Positions 25,834-35,308 of a stretch of 50,395 bases of DNA are shown here, piece after piece (the stretch's first letter is position 1; each line of letters begins with the position of its first letter). A model generated the notes under the pieces. That model was not told where the DNA came from. It was given only the letters and a program-made list of their open reading frames with translations, and ran no database searches. A program made the translations under genes and the position numbers. Origin of the DNA: Chloroflexota bacterium (GTDB lineage Bacteria > Chloroflexota > Anaerolineae > Anaerolineales > UBA11858); assembly GCA_030608465.1 (NCBI GenBank), contig JAUWEC010000002.1, positions 1-50,395 of the forward strand. Direction: 5' to 3'.

Positions 25834-26886
25834 ATGACTTCATTTCATACCATAAAATGGCTGGATCCGGGATTGGTGAGCATGATTGATCAGCGCAAGC
25901 TTCCCCATAAGGTTATTTACAATGAATATCAAGACCCTGCTGCAGTAGCAGGAGCGATCAAAGACATGGTCATCCGCGGCGCTCCGGCCATAGGCGCAGC
26001 CGCCGCCTATGGCTTAGCCTTGGTACCATGGCATGACAAGATAGGAAGACTGGAAGATGTTTATAAAAAACTTGAGCACGCGGCGGGTATTCTCCGGAAA
26101 TCCCGTCCGACGGCTGTAAACCTATTCTGGGCCATAGACCGGATGATGGCTCTGGTCGAGGAAATTAATTATTCTTCGGTAGCAGAATTAAAAGAACGGC
26201 TGTTGAAGGAAGCACTGCAGATTGCCGAAGAAGACGTGGTAACTAACAAGGCCATCGGTAGAAATGCGATGCCCTTGATTCCGGACGGCGCTGTGATCTT
26301 TCATCACTGCAACACGGGCAGCCTGGCAGCGGTGGATTATGGCACTGCGCTGGGCATCATCCGTTTGGCGCATGAGGAAGGAAAAAACGTATTTGCTTTT
26401 GTGGACGAAACGCGTCCCCGACTGCAAGGTGGACGATTGACGGCCTGGGAACTGCTGCAGTATGGCGTACCGTTTAAGGTCGTCGCAGACAGCACCTCAG
26501 GGCATTATATGCGGACGCAAAGAGTTGATTTGTGCGTGGTGGGAACTGACCGAGTAGCAGCGAATGGCGATGTAGCAAATAAGATTGGGACCTACAATCT
26601 GGCTGTGGTAGCCCATGAAAATAAGGTACCGTTTTATGTTGCGGTCCCAAAAACGACTATTGATATGAACACGCCTTCCGGAGATCAGATTGAAATCGAG
26701 GAGAGACCGGCTGAAGAGGTCACTCATGTGGGCAACTGGCAGATCACTCCGGACGGCACTCCGGTGGGGAACCCGGCCTTTGATGTTACGCCGGCTAAAT
26801 ATGTAACCGCCTTCATCACGGAGGATGGGGTTGTGTACCCACCGTATGAAGAAAATTTGGCGAAATTGTTCCGGGAACTTGAGTGA
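25834..26886 (+). CDS. mtnA: S-methyl-5-thioribose-1-phosphate isomerase
   Basis: IKWLDPGLVSMIDQRKLPHKVIY N-terminus and the eIF-2B/MtnA family core (GTDRVAANGDVANKIGTY). Start at ATG 25834, preceded by GGAGGAAAGG. Confidence 0.88.
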   Translation: MTSFHTIKWLDPGLVSMIDQRKLPHKVIYNEYQDPAAVAGAIKDMVIRGAPAIGAAAAYGLALVPWHDKIGRLEDVYKKLEHAAGILRKSRPTAVNLFWAIDRMMALVEEINYSSVAELKERLLKEALQIAEEDVVTNKAIGRNAMPLIPDGAVIFHHCNTGSLAAVDYGTALGIIRLAHEEGKNVFAFVDETRPRLQGGRLTAWELLQYGVPFKVVADSTSGHYMRTQRVDLCVVGTDRVAANGDVANKIGTYNLAVVAHENKVPFYVAVPKTTIDMNTPSGDQIEIEERPAEEVTHVGNWQITPDGTPVGNPAFDVTPAKYVTAFITEDGVVYPPYEENLAKLFRELE

Positions 26887-26923
26887 AAACAATCTTATAA
26901 ATTTCAAAACGGTTGAGGAATAA

Positions 26924-27715
26924 ATGGAATTTGAAAAAATAAAAAAAACCGAATGTTTCTTGTTTGACCTGGATGGTACTGTTTACCTTGGAGACCAGCT
27001 TCTTCCTGGTGCCAGGGACCTGTTGGCCTATCTGGATAAAAATTCCAGACCCTATCTCTTCTTGACCAATAATTCCTCCCGCTCCCGGGCGGATTATTCA
27101 TTGAAACTGACCAAATATGGATTAGATACACCGAATGAGAAGATTTTTTCCTCAGGCATGGCAACCGCGATTTATCTGAAAAAAAAACAACCGGGCGCCA
27201 GGGTTTATCTAGTGGGCACTCCCTCGCTGGAAGATGAATTCCGCTCCTATGGGTTTGAGCTTGTTGAGGAGAATCCAGACTTTGCCGTGCTGGGCTTTGA
27301 CACCACACTGACTTATGAAAAAATCTGGAAGCTGGCTAATTTTGTGCGAGAGGGAAAACCCTATATTGCCACCCATCCGGATATCAACTGTCCGACTCCG
27401 AACGGTTATATGCCTGATATCGGGGCTATGATGGCGATGATCGCCTCTTCCACGGGACGGGAACCGGACGTAATTGTCGGAAAACCTCATTCCCCTATGG
27501 TGGAAGCCATCGTAGAAAAAACCGGATTTGGACCTGATAAATTAACCATGGTTGGGGACCGCTTGTATACCGATATTGCCATGGGTGCAGCCGGGATCAG
27601 TACTGTGCTGGTGTTAAGCGGAGAAACTAATATGGAAGATCTGGTGAATGCTCCGTATCAACCGGACTTGGTATGTGATAACCTGGGGGAATTGCTGCGT
27701 TTGTTAGATGAGTAG
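26924..27715 (+). CDS. HAD-IIA (NagD-like) sugar/nucleotide phosphatase
   Basis: 263 aa. Motif I FLFDLDGTVY, motif II FLTNNS and motif IV MVGDRLYTDI. Confidence 0.8.
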   Translation: MEFEKIKKTECFLFDLDGTVYLGDQLLPGARDLLAYLDKNSRPYLFLTNNSSRSRADYSLKLTKYGLDTPNEKIFSSGMATAIYLKKKQPGARVYLVGTPSLEDEFRSYGFELVEENPDFAVLGFDTTLTYEKIWKLANFVREGKPYIATHPDINCPTPNGYMPDIGAMMAMIASSTGREPDVIVGKPHSPMVEAIVEKTGFGPDKLTMVGDRLYTDIAMGAAGISTVLVLSGETNMEDLVNAPYQPDLVCDNLGELLRLLDE

Positions 27716-27845
27716 TTGTCTGTATCCAGTAATCATATTCGGTTTGCCATTGGACAAAATCTAGTCTAACAACAATAAGTTTAATAGTTTAAACTTCTAG
27801 AAATTACAACCTATCAACTATCTCCTCAGTTGCCCCGTTACCTAG

Positions 27846-28499
27846 TCACCTAGTCTCTCCCTCTCTCTTTCCCCCCGTTACCGTCACCATGTTAAAGAGG
27901 GACAACCTGCCCCAGGAGCGCTGGAAATCATTCTCAGACATCCAGTACAGCAGATCCTTCCCGGGCCAGGAACTGAGAAATCCCCAGGGAGTAGGCAAAT
28001 CCTCGGTATTTCTGTGCTGCGGATCGTAAGCTCCCAGGATCATTAAATGTCCTCCCACCCAGCGGGTGACCCCCAGGGAACTGGAAGTATTCTTTCCAAA
28101 AGCAATGACTGGTTCGTTGTCCTGGAAATAGGTGACAGAAACTATGGAAAGCGAATTTCCATCTTGAAGGTTTTCCATAAGTGTTTTTAATGTCCCCTTT
28201 CTGCTTCTCACTGTTGGTTCCAATCCGTTAAGCTGTCCCAGCCTGCGGATCAAGTTGGCTGCCTGAAAGACAAAACTCCCATTGTTATTGCCAAAGATGG
28301 TATACAGGGGCGTCCCCTTCAAGCAGCGCCCGTTGAGCCAATCCACCATCGAATCCCCGGTTAGAGAAGTGCCGTAGAGCAGGTTCAGCACAGATGCCGC
28401 GGCGTACTTGCCGCAGTGGTTAGTGCTGCCCTGGTTTTGCTGATAGGAAGCCAGTTGTTTTTCTGTCCAACCCCGCCAGTAAATAGTAATATCGGACAT
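27846..28499 (-). CDS. Putative papain-fold (C39-like) cysteine peptidase, no signal peptide
   Basis: QQNQGSTNHCGKYAAA fits Gln-x5-Cys nucleophile spacing. WVGGHLMILGAYD is a candidate catalytic His. The SSWP region follows. Start set at ATG 28499; the track start is 28523. Confidence 0.45.
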   Translation of the reverse strand: MSDITIYWRGWTEKQLASYQQNQGSTNHCGKYAAASVLNLLYGTSLTGDSMVDWLNGRCLKGTPLYTIFGNNNGSFVFQAANLIRRLGQLNGLEPTVRSRKGTLKTLMENLQDGNSLSIVSVTYFQDNEPVIAFGKNTSSSLGVTRWVGGHLMILGAYDPQHRNTEDLPTPWGFLSSWPGKDLLYWMSENDFQRSWGRLSLFNMVTVTGGKREGETR

Positions 28500-28714
28500 A
28501 ATTGTTGGATCTCCTAAAATCATATCTTTTACAACGTTAAGTATACACTGCGGGATGTAACGGTATCAAATCGCCAGTTTCATAATGCCGCCTGGTGCCC
28601 GATCATCCAACTGGGTTTGACTTACAGTCGGTCTTTCTCTATAATTCATACAGTTGGGGGTTTAAACCCTAAACGATCATTTTGTTTCATCACAAGTCTA
28701 TCAGGAAGGCTGTA

Positions 28715-30754
28715 ATGGTGAGAAGAACCTCGTTATCGATCTTTTTGCTTGGAATCCTGGTTTTGTGTCTTCCAGGGTGCCTTCCCTCAACATATGACAC
28801 CAATGCTCTCTGCGGAGATAGAGAGGTGGTTTATTGTGAAGATTTTGAAACGTTATCTCCTAGGGTTAACACTTATAATCTTGCCGGTTCAGGTTGGACG
28901 ATTTCTCTCGAAGAGATTCTTAGCCAGTCGATTTATGAACTTCCTGTTGAAGGTAGATCCCCGGAGTATCTGGCGTCAATTGGATACCTTAGCAGTGATT
29001 ATGAGAATAGCAGCCAGTCTTTGCTCTATACTGAAATAATAAACCTAACTGACGCAAGCTCAGCAACGCTTTATTTTAATTTGCTCTACCTTACTGAACT
29101 CCATTGGGACGGATTAATTTTGATTGCTACCCAGGATTACGGTGAAAACTGGATAATCCTTGAACCACAGGGCGGATATCCAGATACCATAAATATTGAG
29201 GGCATTATTGCCCCGGGGTATTCGGGAAATAAACCGTATTGGATTCACGAAGAGGTTGATCTTACCCCGTTAATGGGCTCGGAAGTCAGCCTTGGTTTCT
29301 ATTTTCTCTCTGATAGTGACACTGCACATTTTGGGCTTGCCCTGGACGATATAGTTGTGGACGCTGACACTAAAAGGAAAATATCCAGCGATTCACAGAT
29401 CTGGGATTTTCCAGAAGTAAATCTGGTCCTCCCCCAAGATCCATTAATAAAGACCGAGATTCCGCGGGCAAATGCCCTGGTTAATACTCCTTGCGAAGGG
29501 GAGGAATCGGAAATCTTAAAGGAAAGTCAGAGAGCCTTTGTGAAAGCGGTTAATGAAACCGGGGACCGGTTTTTTGTACTGCATCCCGAAAGCGGTAATT
29601 TCTGCTGGGTTGGGCAGGAAGATGTCTGGATAGACAAGAATGATTACGATCTCCCACAGCTGTCCGATCAGAAACCGGAAGACTTGTTCCTGCCGGTTTG
29701 CGCCCTGAACAGGGTTCCTGTTTTGTCTGATCCGGTCTGTTTAAGCGGTACCGGTTCCGGGGAAGAAGGAACCAATTTGCTCACGTATCAAATCCGGAGC
29801 GCGCTGGTTGAGGTGGGCAGGATCACAACGGTGGTCATGGATCCGAGAGCTAGTTTTGTCGAAGTGAGTACCCAGGAAATTCCAGATCCCAGAGTAAGCG
29901 AAATGGAAGCTATCCCCGGAGTAATAATCGATCCTGGAGCAAGCCCTGGTGGAATTATCTCTGTGTCCATTAATGACATTAAGGGAACCTGCGCGCTGGA
30001 TAAAGAGCATCTTGGACGGGTGGTCTGTGATGATCTGTCCCTTGATGCAGCTGGCCCGCTGCAGGTAGAAATCTGCTGGCAGGGATGGGACGAAGGTTCC
30101 CGGTGCCCTCCCGGTTTTGGGGCGAATCCAACAGGAGAAGGATGTACTATCCTGCCCGGCCCGGATTCCTGCACCCTGGAATGTCCAGATGGATATTTGT
30201 TTTCCCCGGGTGATGGATTGTGCCAGATAAAAAATAATTTTCTAGAAGAGGATCGGACCGAAGAGCTCTGCCCGGATGGGTTTTTGGTTAACCCGGAAGC
30301 AGGCTGCTGTGTCCCTTCCACAGCCATTGGCCAAAGTGATTGCCCTGATGGGTATTATTACGCGCCAGATATATCTTCCTGTAAAAGAATGCCGAATGAA
30401 GGAACCTGCCCTGAAGGATATTTCACTCAAGTAGAGACGGCAGCTTGTATCCCGGAGACCGGCACAGTTCCTCCTGTGTGCACTACCTTTGAGGTTATTT
30501 TTCCTCTGCCCGAGGTTACTGTAAAACAATCCACCCGTTGTTGGAAAGGTCCGGGAAGCAGCTATGAAATCGTGAGTTCTCTGAAACCGTTTACGATTGT
30601 GGACGTGCTTGGTGTTGGAGAAGTTGGGGAGTACCTGGTGGTGAACAACCCTGATTATCAAATTCCCTGCTGGGCCAATAGGGATGACTTTTATCTTGAT
30701 AAACTGGATCTGATAATTCTTCCGATCATCTCAGTATCATCAAAAGATGACTAA
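28715..30754 (+). CDS. Secreted lipoprotein with N-terminal beta-sandwich-like domain, Cys-rich CPxG[FY] repeats and SH3b-like C-terminus
   Basis: Signal peptide with lipobox (LVLCLPGC) after ATG 28715, which has CAGGAAGG upstream. Five C-P-x-G-[FY]-x8-C modules lie at about 30104-30448. The C-terminal CWKGPGSSYEIVSSLKPFTIVDVLG...CWANRDDF is SH3b-like. Confidence 0.6.
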   Translation: MVRRTSLSIFLLGILVLCLPGCLPSTYDTNALCGDREVVYCEDFETLSPRVNTYNLAGSGWTISLEEILSQSIYELPVEGRSPEYLASIGYLSSDYENSSQSLLYTEIINLTDASSATLYFNLLYLTELHWDGLILIATQDYGENWIILEPQGGYPDTINIEGIIAPGYSGNKPYWIHEEVDLTPLMGSEVSLGFYFLSDSDTAHFGLALDDIVVDADTKRKISSDSQIWDFPEVNLVLPQDPLIKTEIPRANALVNTPCEGEESEILKESQRAFVKAVNETGDRFFVLHPESGNFCWVGQEDVWIDKNDYDLPQLSDQKPEDLFLPVCALNRVPVLSDPVCLSGTGSGEEGTNLLTYQIRSALVEVGRITTVVMDPRASFVEVSTQEIPDPRVSEMEAIPGVIIDPGASPGGIISVSINDIKGTCALDKEHLGRVVCDDLSLDAAGPLQVEICWQGWDEGSRCPPGFGANPTGEGCTILPGPDSCTLECPDGYLFSPGDGLCQIKNNFLEEDRTEELCPDGFLVNPEAGCCVPSTAIGQSDCPDGYYYAPDISSCKRMPNEGTCPEGYFTQVETAACIPETGTVPPVCTTFEVIFPLPEVTVKQSTRCWKGPGSSYEIVSSLKPFTIVDVLGVGEVGEYLVVNNPDYQIPCWANRDDFYLDKLDLIILPIISVSSKDD

Positions 30755-30847
30755 CCGGCTCAGGATAATTAACAGCGGGATGTATGTCTGGTATTTGAGA
30801 ATTTGTCCACAAATTGCTGATCACAGACAACTGAATACTGGAGGGTA

Positions 30848-32869
30848 TTACCCGAGCAGGGTTTCCCATTCCGCCAGCAGCCCCTCCAGCTCTTTCTCAC
30901 CATCACTATAGCGTTTCCCGAGTTGAATCACCTCGCCAGCATCGTCTGGAGGCTCGGTCAGCGTTTTACCGAGCTCTTCCAGCAAGTTTTCCAGTTCTGA
31001 AATGCGATTTTCCACTTCCTGTAATCGGGCAGCCCGTTTGCGATCATTTGCCAGGGCCCTGTTTTTGGCGGCTTTTTTATCCTTGTACGAATCCAGAGAT
31101 TCTTCATCTAGATTGATTAAATCTTGGGCAGCAGCCCTATTTTCCCGCAGGTAGATCTGGTAGGACTGGTAATTTCCTTCAAAAAGGATCAGGTTTTCCT
31201 CGTTCACATCAATTTCCCAGATCTGACTGGCAAGGGCATTGATTAGATAACGGTCATGGGAAACCAGAAGAATGGTACCCGGGTAAGAGGATAACACGGC
31301 CTGCAGGGTTTCTTGAGATGGAATATCAAGGTGGTTGGTTGGCTCGTCCAGCAGCAGCAAATTCGCTTTGTTCAAAGAGAGCTTGGCCAGCGCCAGTCGT
31401 CCTCTTTCCCCACCGGACAGCACACTGACTTTTTTGTAGGCTTCTTCCCCAGAGAAGAGATATGCGCCCAGATAGCTCCGGGCAGCGTGTTCCGATTGGA
31501 AATTCCCGGCATCCTCGATTTCTTCCAGAACGGTGTTGCTGTCAGTAAGATCCTGGTGCGCCTGGGCAAAATATCCCACATCCAGGTTGGCGCCAAGCTT
31601 CACGCTGCCAGACCAGGATTGGAGCTGGTCCAGGATTGTTTTTAAGAAAGTGGTTTTTCCCGCCCCGTTGGGTCCGATCAGGGCGGCACATTCCCCACGA
31701 AGCAGAGTGATGTCAGGAACAGAGAACAGGGGTTTCTCCCCGTCCGGGTAGCCAATTTCCAGGTCAGTTGTTCTGAGAACCAGGTCTCCTCCCCGTTTTC
31801 TCGTGTTTAAACTCATGTTTAATATTTGTGGTTGTTTAGCCGGATTCCTTAAGGAAGAAATACGCTGGTGGGCTTCTTGGACACCCATATAGCTGGTGGT
31901 TGTTTGTACATCCTGGCTGATTTTAGCCCAGGATTTTCCCTGGATTGCTTGTATTCCCAACTGCTCAATTGCCTGCACTCGACGGCTTAAGAGGCGCAGT
32001 TTACCTTTGGCTTGATTTGTGTTCTGACCGGCGATATTTCTTTTGACATAGTCCAGTTCATTAACCAGGCGGGATTTTTCCGCTTCAAAGGTTTCCTGCT
32101 GCCGCTCCCAGCGGGATTGGCGCTGGTCCAGGTAGGCGCTGTAATTTCCACGGTAGGTTTCAAATCCACCCCGACTCATCTCCCAAATTTGGGTGCATAC
32201 CTGATCGATAAAATAACGGTCATGGGATACCAGCAAGATACCACCAGAGTAATTTTTTAAATAACCCTCCAGCCACTGGATTGCTTCGATGTCAAGGTGA
32301 TTGGTGGGTTCGTCAAATATCAGTAAATCTGAAGGGGTGAGCAGCAGCCGGCTGAGCAGAGCCCGGGTTCGTTGTCCACCCGAGAGGTGATTTACCGGCA
32401 TGTGGAAATCTTGAGAATTGAATCCCAACCCGGCCAGCACCTGCTTAATCCTGCTTTCGTAGGTATATCCACCCCAGTGTTCAAAGTCAGCCTGAAGTGT
32501 TCCGTAGCGGGTTAAGAACTCTTCGGTTGACCCGCTGGCTTGACTCATAGCCAATTCAAGCGCTTGTAAATCGCGCTCCATCTTTCGCAGGTCATTGAAA
32601 GCGGTCAGGATTTCTTCCCATAAAGTATGGGTCGTATTTAAATCACTTTTCTGCGGCAAATATCCGATTTTAAGTTGGTTAGCCCGTTGAATTTTACCCT
32701 CTGAAGGAGATTCTAGATCTGCCAGGACATTCAGCAGGGTGGTTTTCCCGATGCCATTTTCTCCTACCAGTGCGATCCTGGATTGGGGAGGAATGGTCAG
32801 GTTCAATCCGCTGAAAATATCGTCAGAACCGTATGATTTGGATAAACCAATGGTGGTGATAAGTGACAT
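30848..32869 (-). CDS. ABC-F family ATPase (two ABC cassettes plus C-terminal coiled-coil extension, Uup-like)
   Basis: 673 aa. Two Walker A sites (GENGIGKTT, GPNGAGKTT) and two LSGG signatures (LSGGQRTR, LSGGERGR). No transmembrane domain. Charged helical tail. Confidence 0.9.
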   Translation of the reverse strand: MSLITTIGLSKSYGSDDIFSGLNLTIPPQSRIALVGENGIGKTTLLNVLADLESPSEGKIQRANQLKIGYLPQKSDLNTTHTLWEEILTAFNDLRKMERDLQALELAMSQASGSTEEFLTRYGTLQADFEHWGGYTYESRIKQVLAGLGFNSQDFHMPVNHLSGGQRTRALLSRLLLTPSDLLIFDEPTNHLDIEAIQWLEGYLKNYSGGILLVSHDRYFIDQVCTQIWEMSRGGFETYRGNYSAYLDQRQSRWERQQETFEAEKSRLVNELDYVKRNIAGQNTNQAKGKLRLLSRRVQAIEQLGIQAIQGKSWAKISQDVQTTTSYMGVQEAHQRISSLRNPAKQPQILNMSLNTRKRGGDLVLRTTDLEIGYPDGEKPLFSVPDITLLRGECAALIGPNGAGKTTFLKTILDQLQSWSGSVKLGANLDVGYFAQAHQDLTDSNTVLEEIEDAGNFQSEHAARSYLGAYLFSGEEAYKKVSVLSGGERGRLALAKLSLNKANLLLLDEPTNHLDIPSQETLQAVLSSYPGTILLVSHDRYLINALASQIWEIDVNEENLILFEGNYQSYQIYLRENRAAAQDLINLDEESLDSYKDKKAAKNRALANDRKRAARLQEVENRISELENLLEELGKTLTEPPDDAGEVIQLGKRYSDGEKELEGLLAEWETLLG

Positions 32870-32933
32870 GAATCCTTCAATTTTATAAATACGCAGTCAG
32901 CTGCCGGGTTAAGTGAACCGGTTGAATGGTAGA

Positions 32934-32960
32934 TTTACCTGGTCTGGAGCATGTTATAAT
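32934..32960 (+). promoter_or_regulatory. Candidate sigma-70 promoter for the LCP gene
   Basis: TTTACC (32934-32939), 15-nt spacer, then TGtTATAAT (extended -10; hexamer at 32955-32960). It lies about 80 nt upstream of ATG 33040. Confidence 0.35.
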
Positions 32961-33039
32961 CGCGACAGTACCAAACAGGACAATCGTGAGCTATTATAGT
33001 CTGGTATAAAAAAATTGACAGGGGTCTTTCCGAGTCTTT

Positions 33040-34464
33040 ATGCAAGGTTACTCATCTCAACCAAAAAAATCACCCGATTGGATAAAACGCGGTTTGTGGG
33101 CGGCTTTTTTAATTTCTGCTTTAATCACCGCCTTGCTGGCATTTTGGGGGTTGAATAACAAGACAGGGACTCCTCTGCCGATACTATTGGACGGACCTTC
33201 TTCTTCCTTCTCTGACACAGATATCTCCCAACCCATACTGGCTGATGATCGGTTGCTTCAAAGCACCTCTAGCCGACCCGGGTTTAAGGAACTCGATCTG
33301 GATCAGACAATATATTTTTTACTGACCGGATTGGACAAACGGGAATGGGAGGGAGATACCGGACCGGGATTAACAGATACGATCATTGTAGCTTTTCTTG
33401 ATACCCAGAAACAATTTGCAGGTTTAATCTCCATCCCCCGGGATACCTGGGTGGATTTGCCCCAGTACGGACCTTATAAAATTAATCAGGCATTTTCTCT
33501 GGGAGAAGCATATGGCTATCCGGGCGGAGGACCAGCATTGCTGATGGAAAGTACCGGGAACTTGCTCGGGATTACCATAGATTATTATATTCAGGTAGAT
33601 TTTGATGCATTTATAGTCCTGGTGGATTCGGTCAATGGAGTCCCGATAGATGTACAAAAAAAAATACTAGTTGATCCTGATCCCTCAGTGGCTGGAGATA
33701 TGAAAAAATTATTACCTGGAAAACAAGTACTGCCGGGTGACCTGGCTTTGGGATATGTCCGGACCCGGGGGACTTCAGAAGGGGATTTCGGGCGGACGAA
33801 ACGTCAACAGCAGGTTCTGATTGGATTACAAGAGAAGATCTTTTCTTATGAGGTATTACCTGAGTTGATTCCTAAGCTGCCGACTCTATATCGGGAGCTG
33901 TTTTCCCATGTTGAAACAAACCTCAATCTTAGCCAGGTTGTGGCACTGGCCTGGGCTGTCAGAGATATCAATCCAAGAAATCTGCAAACCAAAATTATCA
34001 ATCAGCCTCTGGTGGAAGCGGGATTTAATACCCGGGATCAATATGTTTTATTCCCGGATATTGAACGAATCCAGAAAGTCTGGAGTGATATGCAGCAATC
34101 GGCAGCAACCCCCGTTCCGGATCCTACCCGGGAAGTCACCCTGGATGAATATCTCCTGGAAGAAAATGCCAAAGTGGCAGTCATGAATGGAACCAATTCA
34201 CCGGGATTGGCAGGAGAAACAGCCAATTTCTTCATCGCAAATGGTTTCCAAATTACTGAAGTGGGAAATTCAGATAATTTCAAAGACCAAACCCTCATTT
34301 ATGATTATTCGGGAAAACCACATACTATTCAGGCACTCCTGAATTTAATGGGGTATTCTCAAACCCGACTTTTTTATCGATTTGATCCGGACAGCACTGT
34401 TGATATTGTCATTGAGCTCGGGACAGATTGGGTCCAGGAGAACACGCTTCCAGATACAGAATAA
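33040..34464 (+). CDS. LytR-CpsA-Psr (LCP) family cell-envelope polymer transferase with LytR_C domain
   Basis: N-terminal TM helix. LCP core TDTIIVAFLD...ISIPRDTWVDLP. C-terminal VAVMNGTNSPGLAGETANFFIANGFQI. Confidence 0.85.
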   Translation: MQGYSSQPKKSPDWIKRGLWAAFLISALITALLAFWGLNNKTGTPLPILLDGPSSSFSDTDISQPILADDRLLQSTSSRPGFKELDLDQTIYFLLTGLDKREWEGDTGPGLTDTIIVAFLDTQKQFAGLISIPRDTWVDLPQYGPYKINQAFSLGEAYGYPGGGPALLMESTGNLLGITIDYYIQVDFDAFIVLVDSVNGVPIDVQKKILVDPDPSVAGDMKKLLPGKQVLPGDLALGYVRTRGTSEGDFGRTKRQQQVLIGLQEKIFSYEVLPELIPKLPTLYRELFSHVETNLNLSQVVALAWAVRDINPRNLQTKIINQPLVEAGFNTRDQYVLFPDIERIQKVWSDMQQSAATPVPDPTREVTLDEYLLEENAKVAVMNGTNSPGLAGETANFFIANGFQITEVGNSDNFKDQTLIYDYSGKPHTIQALLNLMGYSQTRLFYRFDPDSTVDIVIELGTDWVQENTLPDTE

Positions 34465-34588
34465 AACAACAAATATTCTTATCAGAACCCTACAGCAGAG
34501 CACAAATTGAGAAAATCCTGTTTGACACCATACAAGAAAACCGATAGACTGTAAGTATCATTCATCCTACTGAATCAGGAGGGCGTTT

Positions 34589-35221
34589 ATGGGGTATAAA
34601 AATTTTCGTCTGACGGTTATTAAAGGATTTAACAAGGGTGAAGTATTTCCCTTAGAGGAAAATGAGGTAATCATCGGCCGGGGAGAAGAAAATGGTATAG
34701 TTCTGAATATTGCCGAGATTTCCAGAACGCATTCAGTTCTGACTAGAGGAGAAGAGGGCTATCTGATCAAAGATTTGGGTTCCACAAATGGCACTTTTGT
34801 GGACAAAAAGAAAATTGGAGGAAAGTATCTCCTAAAACCTGGTGACACAATTATGCTGGGTGATGCGATTTACCTCACCTACCAAGCCGATGCAGATCCT
34901 GATGAAACACTGGTAGCTCCCCGCCCGGTTGAGATTGGCGCGCCTGATGATACCGTTGTGACCCAAAAACCCGCTGCCCGGGAGAAAACTTCTTACCCGG
35001 CAGCACCTCCGCAGCAAAGGAAACCAGCAGTCGAAATTTTATATCGGGACCAGGTCACTGAGGAGAAAAAAAGCCGGACATGGTTATGGGCTGGCGTTGG
35101 CTGCGTGGTGGTGATCTTTTTCTTGAGCGTGATCGGGTTGATCGTTTTTGACTACTTGAATCTATACTGTACACCGCCATTTGACACACTGCTGAATTTT
35201 CTTTATACCTGCTCTTATTAA
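34589..35221 (+). CDS. FHA domain-containing membrane-anchored protein
   Basis: FHA core IIGRGEENGIVLNIAEISRTHSVL...DLGSTNGTFVD, then a Pro-rich linker and a C-terminal TM helix (WLWAGVGCVVVIFFLSVIGLIVF). Confidence 0.8.
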   Translation: MGYKNFRLTVIKGFNKGEVFPLEENEVIIGRGEENGIVLNIAEISRTHSVLTRGEEGYLIKDLGSTNGTFVDKKKIGGKYLLKPGDTIMLGDAIYLTYQADADPDETLVAPRPVEIGAPDDTVVTQKPAAREKTSYPAAPPQQRKPAVEILYRDQVTEEKKSRTWLWAGVGCVVVIFFLSVIGLIVFDYLNLYCTPPFDTLLNFLYTCSY

Positions 35222-35308
35222 TTGACCGGGTACAGTCCTTAGCAATCCGAATTAGAATTTAAACTCGCTAATACGGGAGGATATTGGACATAAACAGCTC
35301 TAACTGAA

